DNA of 64,000 bases, taken from NCBI GenBank assembly GCA_977020255.1, contig CDROCS010002866.1:1-64000 (forward strand), written 5' to 3'. The stretch comes from Obrimoposthia wandeli (lineage: Eukaryota). The translations under genes and the position numbers were made by a program. The notes below the pieces were generated by a model. It did no database searches. It was not told the DNA's origin and saw only the letters and a program-made list of their open reading frames with translations. Positions 1-9,597 of the stretch are shown piece after piece (within the stretch, counting starts at the first letter, position 1; every line of letters starts with the position of its first letter).

Positions 1-294
1 TTCATTACGCGGCGTTTCGACAATAGTAACCTTCATATTAAGTGCTTTTTCGTAGATCATATCAACATCGTTAACGACAAAAGTTACATACATACCCGTT
101 GGTATATTTTGATACTCCTTAGGGACTAAATCGTGATTTCGCTGAATAATTCCGTACTCAATTTCTGAATTACTTGGCGAACAAAGCTGAATATACCAGT
201 CACTATCATATTTAACTTTAAAATCGAGAAGCTCTACATAGAAGTCTTTGCTTTTTTGGAGGTCATTCGAGCATATATTTGTAAGTATTCTCAT
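1..294 (-). CDS. VOC/glyoxalase family protein (runs off left edge; not in ORF track)
   Basis: Manual translation MRILTNICSNDLQKSKDFYVELLDFKVKYDSDWYIQL...TFVVNDVDMIYEKA; GAGG RBS upstream. Confidence 0.75.
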   Translation of the reverse strand, partial: MRILTNICSNDLQKSKDFYVELLDFKVKYDSDWYIQLCSPSNSEIEYGIIQRNHDLVPKEYQNIPTGMYVTFVVNDVDMIYEKALNMKVTIVETPRNE

Positions 295-310
295 TGCTTC
301 CTCTTTATTT

Positions 311-410
311 CAGTAACGTTGGCGACAACTGCAGGCATGTAGCACAGGTTTTACGATTTTTTTCAAAAGCCGCGACGTAGGATTGTCAGTTTGATTGTTT
401 TTGCTAGTTC
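311..410 (-). repeat. attC-like site (degenerate)
   Basis: Core GTTACTG on minus strand directly before RBS/ATG of VOC gene; imperfect palindrome. Confidence 0.5.
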
Positions 411-755
411 GGTGACACATGATCTTCATAAAATAAAGTAACGCACAACGGTTAATTTGAGCGTCCGCTAAGGGATTGAACTAGCAGACGCCATGATATC
501 TATTGGGCATGCCTTAAAAAATTAGCAGGGCTTGCCGAGGGTTGCATAACTTATCAACAGGAATGGGAACGGAGCAACTAAATATATGTCAATGCTGATG
601 TCTTTTAGATCAAATTCAAACAAAAATTAACTGCTTTTAAGAAATTTCATTAGCAATACTGCTTTCGCAGCATCAAGAAAGACTATTACATGACAGTAAA
701 AGAGCGCACATATACATCCTTTAAATACTAGGAGCAAAGCTAACTGTTACTGTTC

Positions 756-1373
756 CTACTTGTGCGGCTTATCGGCTGGAAGTACACTTAATTCCATTGT
801 AGTAGAGCCGCCAAAGCCAAGTAACCATTTTAAATATGGATAGCTTTCCGTTTTTACTGATTTAAATCCCATTCGTTCATATAGAACCTTAGCCTTGGTA
901 TTAATATCAATAACATCTAAACGTACGTTATTAAATTTATGATCTTTAGCATATTTTGCCACCTCTGTTAAAAGATGACTCCCCACACCTTTCCCTCTTG
1001 CATCAGAGTGAACAGCTATGCCATCCATAATTAACTCGTTAAAAGTAGCCTTTCGCGCATAAAGGTCAAAAATAACAGCAGCCCAACTCCCCTGGATAAC
1101 TCCTAATTGAGAAACTAACTCACTATACGTTATCCCGCCTGTCAATGAACCTTCTGGAGTTTGGAATCCGGCGATCCCAATTAATTCATCTTGATAAACA
1201 GCACCAATTACATAATCAAGAATGAAGCATTTATTTAAAAAAAGAATTCTCTTTTCTTTAGAAGGTATTACAACTGCAAACTTTTGTCCAAAAGCTTCAT
1301 CGTATAAATCAACAGCACAGTCTCTATATTTTTCAGGCAAGCCAACGTGATAATTAATATCCTCAGTGTTCAT
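756..1373 (-). CDS. GNAT family acetyltransferase
   Basis: Motif A DGIAVHSDARGKGVGSHLL and LYERMGF; start set at ATG 1373 after GGGAG. Confidence 0.88.
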   Translation of the reverse strand: MNTEDINYHVGLPEKYRDCAVDLYDEAFGQKFAVVIPSKEKRILFLNKCFILDYVIGAVYQDELIGIAGFQTPEGSLTGGITYSELVSQLGVIQGSWAAVIFDLYARKATFNELIMDGIAVHSDARGKGVGSHLLTEVAKYAKDHKFNNVRLDVIDINTKAKVLYERMGFKSVKTESYPYLKWLLGFGGSTTMELSVLPADKPHK

Positions 1374-1389
1374 CCGAACTCCCATTGAA

Positions 1390-1421
1390 GCCAACGCCTC
1401 GCCCAGAGGAGGGCGTTAGGT
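1390..1421 (-). repeat. Very short (32 bp) attC-like site
   Basis: Minus strand ACCTAAC-gccctcctctgggcgaggc-GTTGGC between two cassette ORFs. Confidence 0.5.
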
Positions 1422-1433
1422 GGCTAGTGAAAC

Positions 1434-1682
1434 TTATAAACTCATAATTTTTAAAGCAATATAGGGTGCCACTATAAAAACTAACGTGGCTATTTTATAG
1501 TTACTCAAAAAATCATAATACTTTGAGCCAAGATCCTTTTCATCCACTGTGAACATCTTGCTATGAATGGAAGATATTGCTCCTCTGGCGAATGTAATAA
1601 CTATTGTTGCCAAGAGAAGATAGCTAATATTGATTATCGCAACCCAGCCTAAAAGTTCTGTTAATTGTGTAAGTGTAATCAT
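1434..1682 (-). CDS. Small two-TM membrane protein (DUF6868-like)
   Basis: 82 aa with two hydrophobic segments, cassette context. Confidence 0.6.
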   Translation of the reverse strand: MITLTQLTELLGWVAIINISYLLLATIVITFARGAISSIHSKMFTVDEKDLGSKYYDFLSNYKIATLVFIVAPYIALKIMSL

Positions 1683-1857
1683 AGCTTACGCCTTGTGATC
1701 AGGTAATTTCTGATATGTATTTAGACATAATAACTTCCTCTAAATGTTAGTTCACAAATGCGTGAATCAGACTGAACATAGCCATAATAGAACTTAGGAT
1801 ATATCAAGTGGAAGGAAGTGATCGTGTAAGACAATAACATAATCATTGAACAGCTTG

Positions 1858-2429
1858 TTATAAGTAACTTACACCATACTTAACTTGAATGAAGTCATTA
1901 GGAAATGCAACAGCCTTTGAATTTACCAGCTTAATACTATTATTTATCCTACCAAAAAGAGGGATGCCCTCCCCCAAAATAACAGGAGCTTTAGTTATTA
2001 TCATTGCATTGATAAGTTGCAGATTAATAAAAGACGTAATAGTTGCACCTCCATCAATATAGGCGTGTTTAAAACCGTTATTTTCAAGTTGATTTATTAG
2101 CTTTGTAATGTCGCCAGAATACATCTCAACTTTGTCACATAAATTTTGAGGCGGCTCTTTCATTGAATTACTTAAAACATAGATTTTAATAGTGCCGTAA
2201 GGCCATTGCTCAGGCGTTAAATTAAATTTGGAAATTACTTCCATACATTTTCGCCCCATAACCATGCAATCGACTGAAGCCATGAAGCCATGAAGCTATT
2301 GAAGCCCATATCAAGATTTTTGCTCATATCAGCATCGGTGTTACCTGCTGCATATATCCAGTCAACACCACCTTCGAGTGTTGCTATATAACCATCGGCA
2401 CTTGTTGCTATATATACTGAACACTTCAT
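1858..2429 (-). pseudogene. Dihydrofolate reductase/RibD C-terminal family protein, frameshifted
   Basis: YIATSADGYIA (2235-2429) and VMGRK...YIDGGATITSF...PVILGEGIPLF (1858-2283) are in different frames, joined at an 8-bp duplication at 2275-2290. Confidence 0.88.
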
Positions 2430-2457
2430 AGTTGATCATTACTCTATACTTAAGGTT

Positions 2458-2553
2458 ACTTATAAAGCCGCGTTAGCCGTTGTTTATAATTGGCTAAATA
2501 GTGAGGAACGACAGCAGCCAACTGTTTAACGCCCGCTTGAGTCGCTTATTAGG
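2458..2553 (-). repeat. attC site, ~100-bp host-type
   Basis: Shares GGCTAAAT...GAACGA...AGCCAACTGTTT core with other spacers. Confidence 0.75.
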
Positions 2554-2565
2554 TGATCTTATAGA

Positions 2566-3500
2566 TTAGTTAAGTATAAACTCACTAATGGCTTTAACTA
2601 ACTCAGGCTTTATAGGTAATTCAGGTTGATTGTATGTTTGAAAGTTAGCTTGCCTATCAAGAGTAGCCTCTTTAAAAATGTGATTCATTTTTTGTATGAC
2701 AACTTTATCTGCCTTTTTATTTGCTGCTGAAAGCCTATCAGCATCCATTAAACTAACTTGAATATCGGTAGATCCTTGAACAATTAACACAGGCTTATTA
2801 AGTTTAGAAATTTCTTTTTGTGGATCGTATTTAAACCAAGAAATCATATAAGGTTGTATACTTGGTCGAAATAATGAGTTTAAAAATGCAGGAACATTTT
2901 CAACTATTTCACCACCCATCAGTTTATCTAAGATAGGTGTTGATTGCGCTATGACGAAAGTCGGTTGAGATTTTAACTGCTCCCGTATTGTTTGATCTAT
3001 TGGTTGTCCTGCACCTGCAATAGATATAAATCTATCTACTTTTTTTTGCTGTGAGGCAACCATACCAATTAATGAACCCTCACTATGTCCAATAATAACT
3101 ATTTTATTAAAGCTGTTTAAATTATAGAGGTATTCAATCCAACTACTTGCGTCATTAATATAGTTTTCAAAACGCAGATCAACTTCCTTTAATCCTGAGC
3201 TTTTACTTTTACCAACACCTCTTTTGTCATATCGTAACGATGAAACTCCTACTTTTACAAGCTCATGAGCCAGCATTTTTAAAGATTTGTTTATCATTGT
3301 TCGGTTATTACCATTTCTATTGGCTGCTCCTGAGCCCGCGATAATCAATGCCACTGTTTTAGAATTTTTTAAATCGTCAATCTGTAGAGTTCCCTCTAAC
3401 CTTCCTGTGCCTGTTTCAATACTCACAATTTTTCTATTGAAGCTACGAATGTATTGAAAGTAGTAGACAACCAAAGTGATACGATAAAAAATAATTTCAT
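2566..3500 (-). pseudogene. Alpha/beta hydrolase; signal peptide separated by a frameshift
   Basis: GHSEG nucleophile, D and H in STDIQV/MNHIF; ATG 3500 encodes MKLFFIVSLWLS..., out of frame at an A5 run (3429-3433). Confidence 0.75.
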
Positions 3501-3741
3501 AATGTTCCTTAATTTATTAAATCCATCGTTTTAGTGATAATCAAAGCTGTTGAATGCACTAAGGAAGCAGTGAACAAATCCCAGACGCCCCTGGCGAACA
3601 GGATTGTTTGTGATTAGGTAATGGTTACAGGCGGGCGGGAATTATTAACAAAGAGCACAAATGATTCTGTATTCCCCGTAGGGGATCAGTCGCTTCTGCC
3701 CTAAACACCTAAACATAATAATGCCCTCTTGCGTAACTTTG

Positions 3742-4227
3742 TTAGGCACCTCTACGTTCAGGTTCTTTTTCATGTATATAGATTCCATATCCATCGACAG
3801 GATGTGGCACCGAAGCGAGATCTAGTGCATGAGCAATATTACCCCTGTGGTACGATCCGTGATTTACTACGTGAAACAGAATTTCCTCTACAGACAACAT
3901 ACCAAGCTTGCCATCAGCAAAAGTGAATGAAACTTGTTTCTCCTCGTTCTCAAGTTCACAAAGATAATTAGCATACCACTTATTAGAAACCATCAGCATT
4001 CGGCTTAGTTCATCAAAGTTAGGAATTACTTCTGTGTTAGTATTTCTATGTGGAGTGGGGCTTACTATTAGTCGGCTTTTGAACAACTCTTCTACAATGA
4101 TCATGTGATTGAGCTGTTGAAGTACGAATGCATAAGAATCCGGAAACGAGATTCGATTAATATCTTCGATGGCTCGCAAAGTGCGCTCGTCAGCCCATCT
4201 CTTATAATTGAATGCTTGAATGTACAC
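3742..4227 (-). CDS. DinB family protein
   Basis: LNHM...ILFHVVNHGSYHRGNI DinB metal-binding His motif. Confidence 0.85.
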   Translation of the reverse strand: MYIQAFNYKRWADERTLRAIEDINRISFPDSYAFVLQQLNHMIIVEELFKSRLIVSPTPHRNTNTEVIPNFDELSRMLMVSNKWYANYLCELENEEKQVSFTFADGKLGMLSVEEILFHVVNHGSYHRGNIAHALDLASVPHPVDGYGIYIHEKEPERRGA

Positions 4228-4242
4228 GCGATCTCCCTGGAA

Positions 4243-4343
4243 ACCTAACGCTCGCTTAAGCGGGCAAAAATTATTGGTTATAATGTGGAGCGAAACGAAA
4301 CCTAACCAGCTGTTTTTTATTTCGTTTAAAGCGCTTGTTATAA
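4243..4343 (-). repeat. attC site, ~100-bp host-type
   Basis: ACCTAAC...GCTTAAG...GCGAAACGAA...CTTGTTATAA; both cores intact. Confidence 0.9.
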
Positions 4344-4973
4344 GCCGATATACGCAAAAGCTTCGTTTTTATTTTTAAAGTTTTTAATTGATTGATGATG
4401 TTCGAGTTTATCTCCGACTAAAACAAAGTTAACACCTAACTCTTTGCAAGCCTTTAAATCCCAACTTCCATCGCCAAAATATGTAAATGATAACCGGACT
4501 TTTTTAATTGCCCTTTTCTCTGCAATTTTCATAATCTCGATTCTTGAATAATGATCATTAGAGGACGCTATTGCAATGCCTGAAATATCGAAGCCTGCGG
4601 ACTTCAATTTTAAAACTGCACTCTCATACCAACCACCCGTTGCTAATGAAATTACGACATCATCTAGTGCTTTTAAGTTGTCTATAAATGCTGAAGCCCC
4701 AGAAATCTCACTAATTGATTTTTCATCAATTCGAGTTTTAATTTTGGCTAAAAATACACTTTTAATGTTTTCTGTAACTACATTAGTATTTTTAATGCCC
4801 TTTTGATTAAAAAATTCATTAAGGATTCCAGTATCTGTTACATGCTTATAACGCGCCCAGTCTGTATTAATATCAAATCCAGTTACTTCTTCTACAGCCT
4901 GTTTAAAGCACTCAGTGTCGAAATCATATGATTCAATAAGTGTTCCATCAATATCAAACATTACATGGTGCAT
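4338..4973 (-). CDS. HAD family hydrolase
   Basis: FDIDGTL motif I, LATG motif II, FGDGSWD motif IV. Confidence 0.88.
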   Translation of the reverse strand: MHHVMFDIDGTLIESYDFDTECFKQAVEEVTGFDINTDWARYKHVTDTGILNEFFNQKGIKNTNVVTENIKSVFLAKIKTRIDEKSISEISGASAFIDNLKALDDVVISLATGGWYESAVLKLKSAGFDISGIAIASSNDHYSRIEIMKIAEKRAIKKVRLSFTYFGDGSWDLKACKELGVNFVLVGDKLEHHQSIKNFKNKNEAFAYIGL

Positions 4974-4991
4974 AGTGCAAATCCCTTTGAC

Positions 4992-5063
4992 TTATAACGC
5001 CGCGTTCTGCTGAAATTTGGGAGCGCCAGCGAGTAAGTTTTACGTAGTAGCCGCTTGTTATAT
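4992..5063 (-). repeat. attC site, short (72 bp) type
   Basis: TTATAAC-GCC...GCCGCTT-GTTATAT. Confidence 0.85.
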
Positions 5064-5087
5064 TTTATCCCAGTAATATTTTATAAT

Positions 5088-5957
5088 TCAAAGAATCCAC
5101 TCATGCGAAAAGGCCTTTGTTAAATACTGCATCACCAATTTTATTCTTTCTACATTACGTAAGTCTGGGTGTGTTAACAACCACAAGTTGCTGGGTTTAC
5201 TCTCTTGAACACCAAATAGCCTTACTAGTTCAGGCCTAGATTGATCGTCAGGCAAGAAAGCTAGCCCTTGGCCATACTCGGCAAAGTAAGACATTGCGGT
5301 CAAATCATCACAGCGGGTTATAACTTGATCTGCAAAGTGTTTGTCTAACCATTTGAATGCCGGTAGGCGATTCATGCCACCTGTAGCCCCGATTAAAGAA
5401 TGATTTACCAAATCATCCATATCACTTGGCAAACCAAACTTATCTTCATAAGCTTTACTTGCAAACACGCTCCAATTCAGTGTACAAACTTGCCTTCCAA
5501 CCAAATGCTCTGCTGGTGAGGATGTTGATCGTACCGCTATATCTGCTTGGCGATTCGACATATTGAATTCTTGATTACTGACCAATAACTCAACTTGTAT
5601 TTCAGGATATTGAATATTGAAATCGGTGATATAGCGCGGTAAATAGCGATAAGCGATATTGTTGGGAGCGGTGATCTTCACTATACCTTTAGGTTGAACA
5701 TCTTTACCCACGAGATGGCGATTTATGCCATCAAAAGAGTTTTCAATATTTTGAGCAAACTCGAGCAGCTCATGGCCCAGTGTTGTTAATTCATAGCGAT
5801 TATTTTTGCGTTCGAATAGCTGCCCACCTATGTCTTCCTCAAATGAAATCAAGCGCCTAAAAATAGTTGAATGATTAACGCCAAGATCTGTTGCCGCACC
5901 AGACAAGGATCCACGACGAACAATCGCCAGAAATACCTTTAATGCATTCCAATCCAT
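5088..5957 (-). CDS. LysR family transcriptional regulator
   Basis: MDWNALKVFLAIVRRGSLSGAA...LFER HTH plus substrate-binding domain. Confidence 0.92.
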   Translation of the reverse strand: MDWNALKVFLAIVRRGSLSGAATDLGVNHSTIFRRLISFEEDIGGQLFERKNNRYELTTLGHELLEFAQNIENSFDGINRHLVGKDVQPKGIVKITAPNNIAYRYLPRYITDFNIQYPEIQVELLVSNQEFNMSNRQADIAVRSTSSPAEHLVGRQVCTLNWSVFASKAYEDKFGLPSDMDDLVNHSLIGATGGMNRLPAFKWLDKHFADQVITRCDDLTAMSYFAEYGQGLAFLPDDQSRPELVRLFGVQESKPSNLWLLTHPDLRNVERIKLVMQYLTKAFSHEWIL

Positions 5958-6072
5958 ATTACTCCTCAAGATATTGCAATTATGCAATATTAGTTTGCAT
6001 ATTATGCTAATTACTATGCCTTTAAGCAATATGTATTATATTCGGACACTTACTTAAACGGAGATAATCATA

Positions 6073-6492
6073 ATGAAACACCTACTTAATACAGACACAG
6101 GCGCACTTATTTTACGAGTTACGCTTGGCAGCGTACTCATAGCACATAGCCTCTACTTGAAAATGATGGTATTTACTTTAGCTGGCACCGCACAGTTTTT
6201 TAGTTCAATCGGCTTACCTGAAGTACTAGCCTATATTGTTTTCTTTGTAGAGGTTGTCTCTGGGGCCTCACTTCTTCTGGGATTCAGTACTCGGTTCTTT
6301 TCTGCACTCGTTATACCCGTCTTACTTGGAGCTACTTGGGTTCACTCTGCAAATGGATGGCTATTCACTAACTCAGGTGGTGGATGGGAGTACCCATTAT
6401 TTCTTACTTTAATGGCAGTTGCACAGCTTAGCCTAGGAGATGGGAAATACTCCATCACTACTTATTTTCGCTCAAAGCAACTTCAAATTTGA
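6073..6492 (+). CDS. DoxX family membrane protein
   Basis: LRVTLG...HS...GGWEYPL DoxX pattern, divergent from LysR. Confidence 0.85.
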   Translation: MKHLLNTDTGALILRVTLGSVLIAHSLYLKMMVFTLAGTAQFFSSIGLPEVLAYIVFFVEVVSGASLLLGFSTRFFSALVIPVLLGATWVHSANGWLFTNSGGGWEYPLFLTLMAVAQLSLGDGKYSITTYFRSKQLQI

Positions 6493-6510
6493 ACCTCGGA
6501 GTAGAACCTC

Positions 6511-7176
6511 ATGAAACAGAAAAATTTTAACCTCATTACTCACGTTTTATGCCCTTATGTGCAACGTTCAATTATCACCTTGGAAGAAAAAAATATTCCT
6601 TACACCAGAACGGATCTTAATCTTGCAAAAAAACCAGCATGGTTTGAGCAAAAATCCCCAATGGGGAAAGTTCCAATTCTATTAGTTGATGAAAAACAAG
6701 CACTGTTCGAATCCGCAATCATTTGCGAATATTTAGATGAAATCACACCTGGCTCTTTGCACCCAATTGATAGTTTTGAGAAAGCGTTTGATCGAGCATG
6801 GATTGAATTTGGTTCCAGCATACTAAGCAAAATTGCTAGTTTGTATAACGCAAAGGAAGAATCACACTTTCGTATTCTACATAGCGAAATACAAGATAAA
6901 TTTCGAGTTGTTGAGAGTAAACTAAATGCTAACCCATTTTTTTCGGGGGAAGAATTTCATTTAATTGATGCCGTATATGGGCCAATCTTTAGATACTTTG
7001 ACGTATTCGATTCCTTTATTATTTTGAATACGTTTGACGAGCTACCTAAGTGTCGTCAGTGGCGTAGCTCATTGAAAGATAGAAAATCTGTACAAAATGC
7101 TGTTTCAAAAGATTATTCAACGCTTTTACTAGAGTTTTTGGTAAAACGTGGAAGCTATATATCACAGCTTATCTAG
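6511..7176 (+). CDS. Glutathione S-transferase family protein
   Basis: CPYVQR, SPMGKVPIL, FESAIICEYLDE. Confidence 0.92.
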   Translation: MKQKNFNLITHVLCPYVQRSIITLEEKNIPYTRTDLNLAKKPAWFEQKSPMGKVPILLVDEKQALFESAIICEYLDEITPGSLHPIDSFEKAFDRAWIEFGSSILSKIASLYNAKEESHFRILHSEIQDKFRVVESKLNANPFFSGEEFHLIDAVYGPIFRYFDVFDSFIILNTFDELPKCRQWRSSLKDRKSVQNAVSKDYSTLLLEFLVKRGSYISQLI

Positions 7177-7187
7177 AAAGAACGCAG

Positions 7188-7274
7188 GTGGAACGCTGTG
7201 CTAGCGGGAGCGCAGCGAGGCATGGTCGAGTATTTCAATGAGTGAAGCAAACGAATCAAGCACCTTTGTTACGT
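7188..7274 (-). repeat. attC-like site (degenerate)
   Basis: GGAACGC...CACCTTTGTTACGT; inverse core overlaps the stop of the L,D-transpeptidase. Confidence 0.6.
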
Positions 7275-7276
7275 GC

Positions 7277-7750
7277 CTACCATTGGATTTGTATTTTAGT
7301 ACCCACACTGACTAGATCCATAAACTCATCTATTTCGGAATTGGTTAATGCAATGCAACCATTCGTCCAATTAAAGTTTTGAGTGATTGCAGAAAGCCAC
7401 CCTAATTTATTCTTTTGACCGTGAACCATAATATAACCTCCAGGAGAAACATCTAACTTTTCTGCATTGGCCTTATCTGCTTGATTCGGGTAACTGATAT
7501 GCATTGCTCGATAAAATGACGAATCCTCTTTTTTGTAATCGAGTGTATATATCCCCTCTGGTGTTTTCTCATCGCCTTCGCGTTGCTTGTGCCCTTTGGG
7601 ATTTGCACCAAAGGCAACTTGATATTCTTTTACAATTTTATCGCCCTCTAACAGGTACATTTTACTCTCGGACTTATCGACTTTTACTAAGTCGACTCCA
7701 GACATCACAATGTTGGAAAACATTAGCAGTAGTAGTGCTAGGAATTTCAT
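7277..7750 (-). CDS. L,D-transpeptidase (YkuD) family protein
   Basis: GDEKTPEG, HISYPN, IMVHG...WTNGCIAL; start at ATG 7750 with a signal peptide. Confidence 0.9.
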   Translation of the reverse strand: MKFLALLLLMFSNIVMSGVDLVKVDKSESKMYLLEGDKIVKEYQVAFGANPKGHKQREGDEKTPEGIYTLDYKKEDSSFYRAMHISYPNQADKANAEKLDVSPGGYIMVHGQKNKLGWLSAITQNFNWTNGCIALTNSEIDEFMDLVSVGTKIQIQW

Positions 7751-7753
7751 GAT

Positions 7754-7852
7754 ATGTAACACCTTTGTTTGGGGGCAGCTGTAACAGAATGGGGAATGAG
7801 TGGCGTAAAGCCACCACAACCGAAAGGGCGTGAAAGAGTACTCTTGTTATTA
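7754..7852 (-). repeat. attC-like site
   Basis: Core GTTACAT immediately 5' of ATG 7750; inverse core ...CTTGTTATTA. Confidence 0.65.
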
Positions 7853-8347
7853 GCTATAGCACGCAATTGCCGGTTCTTCATGGCTTTTAATAAAATTATT
7901 TTTCTCACCCACATATTGAACAGAATGATCTCTGAATTTAAAAGCGGCTACTTTCGAATTTGCGACTAAATAATTCCTAAAGGCCCTATGACGAATTAAA
8001 TTGAAATTTCCATTCTTGAAGATATGTATATGATGAGTGCGTTGATTTCCACCTTTTGGAAAGTATCGCCGTCCAGCTATTTAATTTTCACCTTTCGCTA
8101 AAATACCAATTGATTTTATCACACTGCTTTTGCGATCAAATTTTTCAATACTGGTAACTTCAATCAGTATATCTATGACAGGCTTTGCTGGTAGACTGGC
8201 AACAGATGTACTACCAATATGCTCAATTTTTAATGCAATTGTTCCTAAGACTTTGTTAATTGAGCTTTTACGAGTAAAACTAGCCACCCAATTTGGGCTA
8301 TGAGCGACTACTTCGATTATTCTTTGAAATAGCACCTCCAATGGCAA
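7850..8347 (-). pseudogene. GrpB family protein with internal nonsense codon
   Basis: IEHIGSTSV...AKPVIDI, TAA at 8081-8083, then in-frame IAGRRYFPKGGNQRTHHIHIF...AFRNYL to 7850. Confidence 0.85.
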
Positions 8348-8418
8348 CTAACGCCTGTTGCACGCGAATGTGATAGCACTATGTAGCGAAAACATAGTTA
8401 TGCCCACCCAGCTGTCTT

Positions 8419-8979
8419 TTAGCTTTTCGCTATGCATACCCACTGAGAAAAAAACACATCACCTTCATTAATATTGTTTTCTTTTACTACTGTGAATCCC
8501 GCATCTAGTAGACCAGCCAAAAATTCTTCCTTAGCATTATCACTATTTGGCAGGCCTCCATCTTTTACGACCACAAATAGGCCGTTGGGTTTGAGAGCTC
8601 TTTGAACCTCTTTTAAACCTTTAGCTTGATCTTGCCAGTGATCGTAAGAGTCAAAGGCGAGAACAACATCAGTAGAAGAATCTTTAATGGGCAGTTTTTC
8701 AGCACTTCCTTCGTAATAAGTAATTCGTTCTTTTGCTGAATGATCAGATGTTTTTACCCACGCAATCTCTATCATACGGGGGACCGGATCTACACCAATC
8801 AGAGCTCCGCTGGTAACTTTCTTAGATGCATGCCGCAACGCACACCCCGTACCACAGCCGATATCGACAACGGTATAATCAGCCTCTAATTTCAAGGACT
8901 CAATGCCGAGTTTGTTTGTAGCGTACTCACCATAGTTTTCTGCATACCATTCGGCTGTTTCAGTATCCCATTTACTCAC
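8419..8979 (-). CDS. Class I SAM-dependent methyltransferase
   Basis: VVDIGCGTG motif I, LKPNG post-II motif. Confidence 0.9.
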   Translation of the reverse strand: MSKWDTETAEWYAENYGEYATNKLGIESLKLEADYTVVDIGCGTGCALRHASKKVTSGALIGVDPVPRMIEIAWVKTSDHSAKERITYYEGSAEKLPIKDSSTDVVLAFDSYDHWQDQAKGLKEVQRALKPNGLFVVVKDGGLPNSDNAKEEFLAGLLDAGFTVVKENNINEGDVFFSQWVCIAKS

Positions 8980-8994
8980 TTAACTCTCCCTAAG

Positions 8995-9092
8995 GTATAA
9001 CGCTGACTAAGCAGCGCGATATAGTTGGCTAAAAAAGCCACGAAGCTGCAACAGCCAACCGTATTTTGGCATTGTTTAACAGCTTGTCAAAG
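8995..9092 (-). repeat. attC site, ~100-bp host-type
   Basis: GTATAAC-GC...TTGGCTAAAA...AGCCAAC...AGCTTGTCAA (inverse core mutated). Confidence 0.8.
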
Positions 9093-9094
9093 GT

Positions 9095-9442
9095 TTACTT
9101 ATTTCGTAGAGTTGAATACCATTTACCAGATATTACGAATTTTGGAAACGTATATAACTGTTCCAAGAAAATGCGCATAAAGGCATTTTTTGCCCCCGTA
9201 AATGGCTCTACTGGCAACTCTTCTTTATTGTGCCCAACACCTTGAACCCCGATTGACACAGCCATCGACATAGCCGAGTAAAATAACGAAAACAGATTAA
9301 AACTAATGATCGAACTGATAAGAGAGAATGTACCAAAAATAAATACCGGCACTGCAAAAATATGAATCCATAAATTTATACGAGATTTATGGTATTTGCT
9401 GTACCCATTCAACTGCCACTCTAAAACATCACTAATATTCAT
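9095..9442 (-). CDS. DUF962/Mpo1-like membrane protein
   Basis: YSKYH...NLWIH...QGVGH...EQLY pattern. Confidence 0.65.
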   Translation of the reverse strand: MNISDVLEWQLNGYSKYHKSRINLWIHIFAVPVFIFGTFSLISSIISFNLFSLFYSAMSMAVSIGVQGVGHNKEELPVEPFTGAKNAFMRIFLEQLYTFPKFVISGKWYSTLRNK

Positions 9443-9456
9443 TGATTCCCCAAGAA

Positions 9457-9540
9457 CCTTAACGGCTTGCAGCAAAAGTTATTTAACTGTTGAGGCAGTA
9501 AGTACTTGTTAAATACGCTTGCTGACTGCACTTGTTATAT
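9457..9540 (-). repeat. attC-like site
   Basis: CCTTAAC-GGCTTGCAGC...GCTGACTGCACTT-GTTATAT. Confidence 0.7.
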
Positions 9541-9597
9541 TTACATTACTCTTTTCAATACTATCCAAACATCCATACTAACTAAGTTAAAAGTACG

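Noticed and set aside
3673-3687. TTCCCCGTAGGGGA, resembling a type I-E CRISPR repeat stem
   Set aside because: Single copy with no spacer or repeat periodicity.
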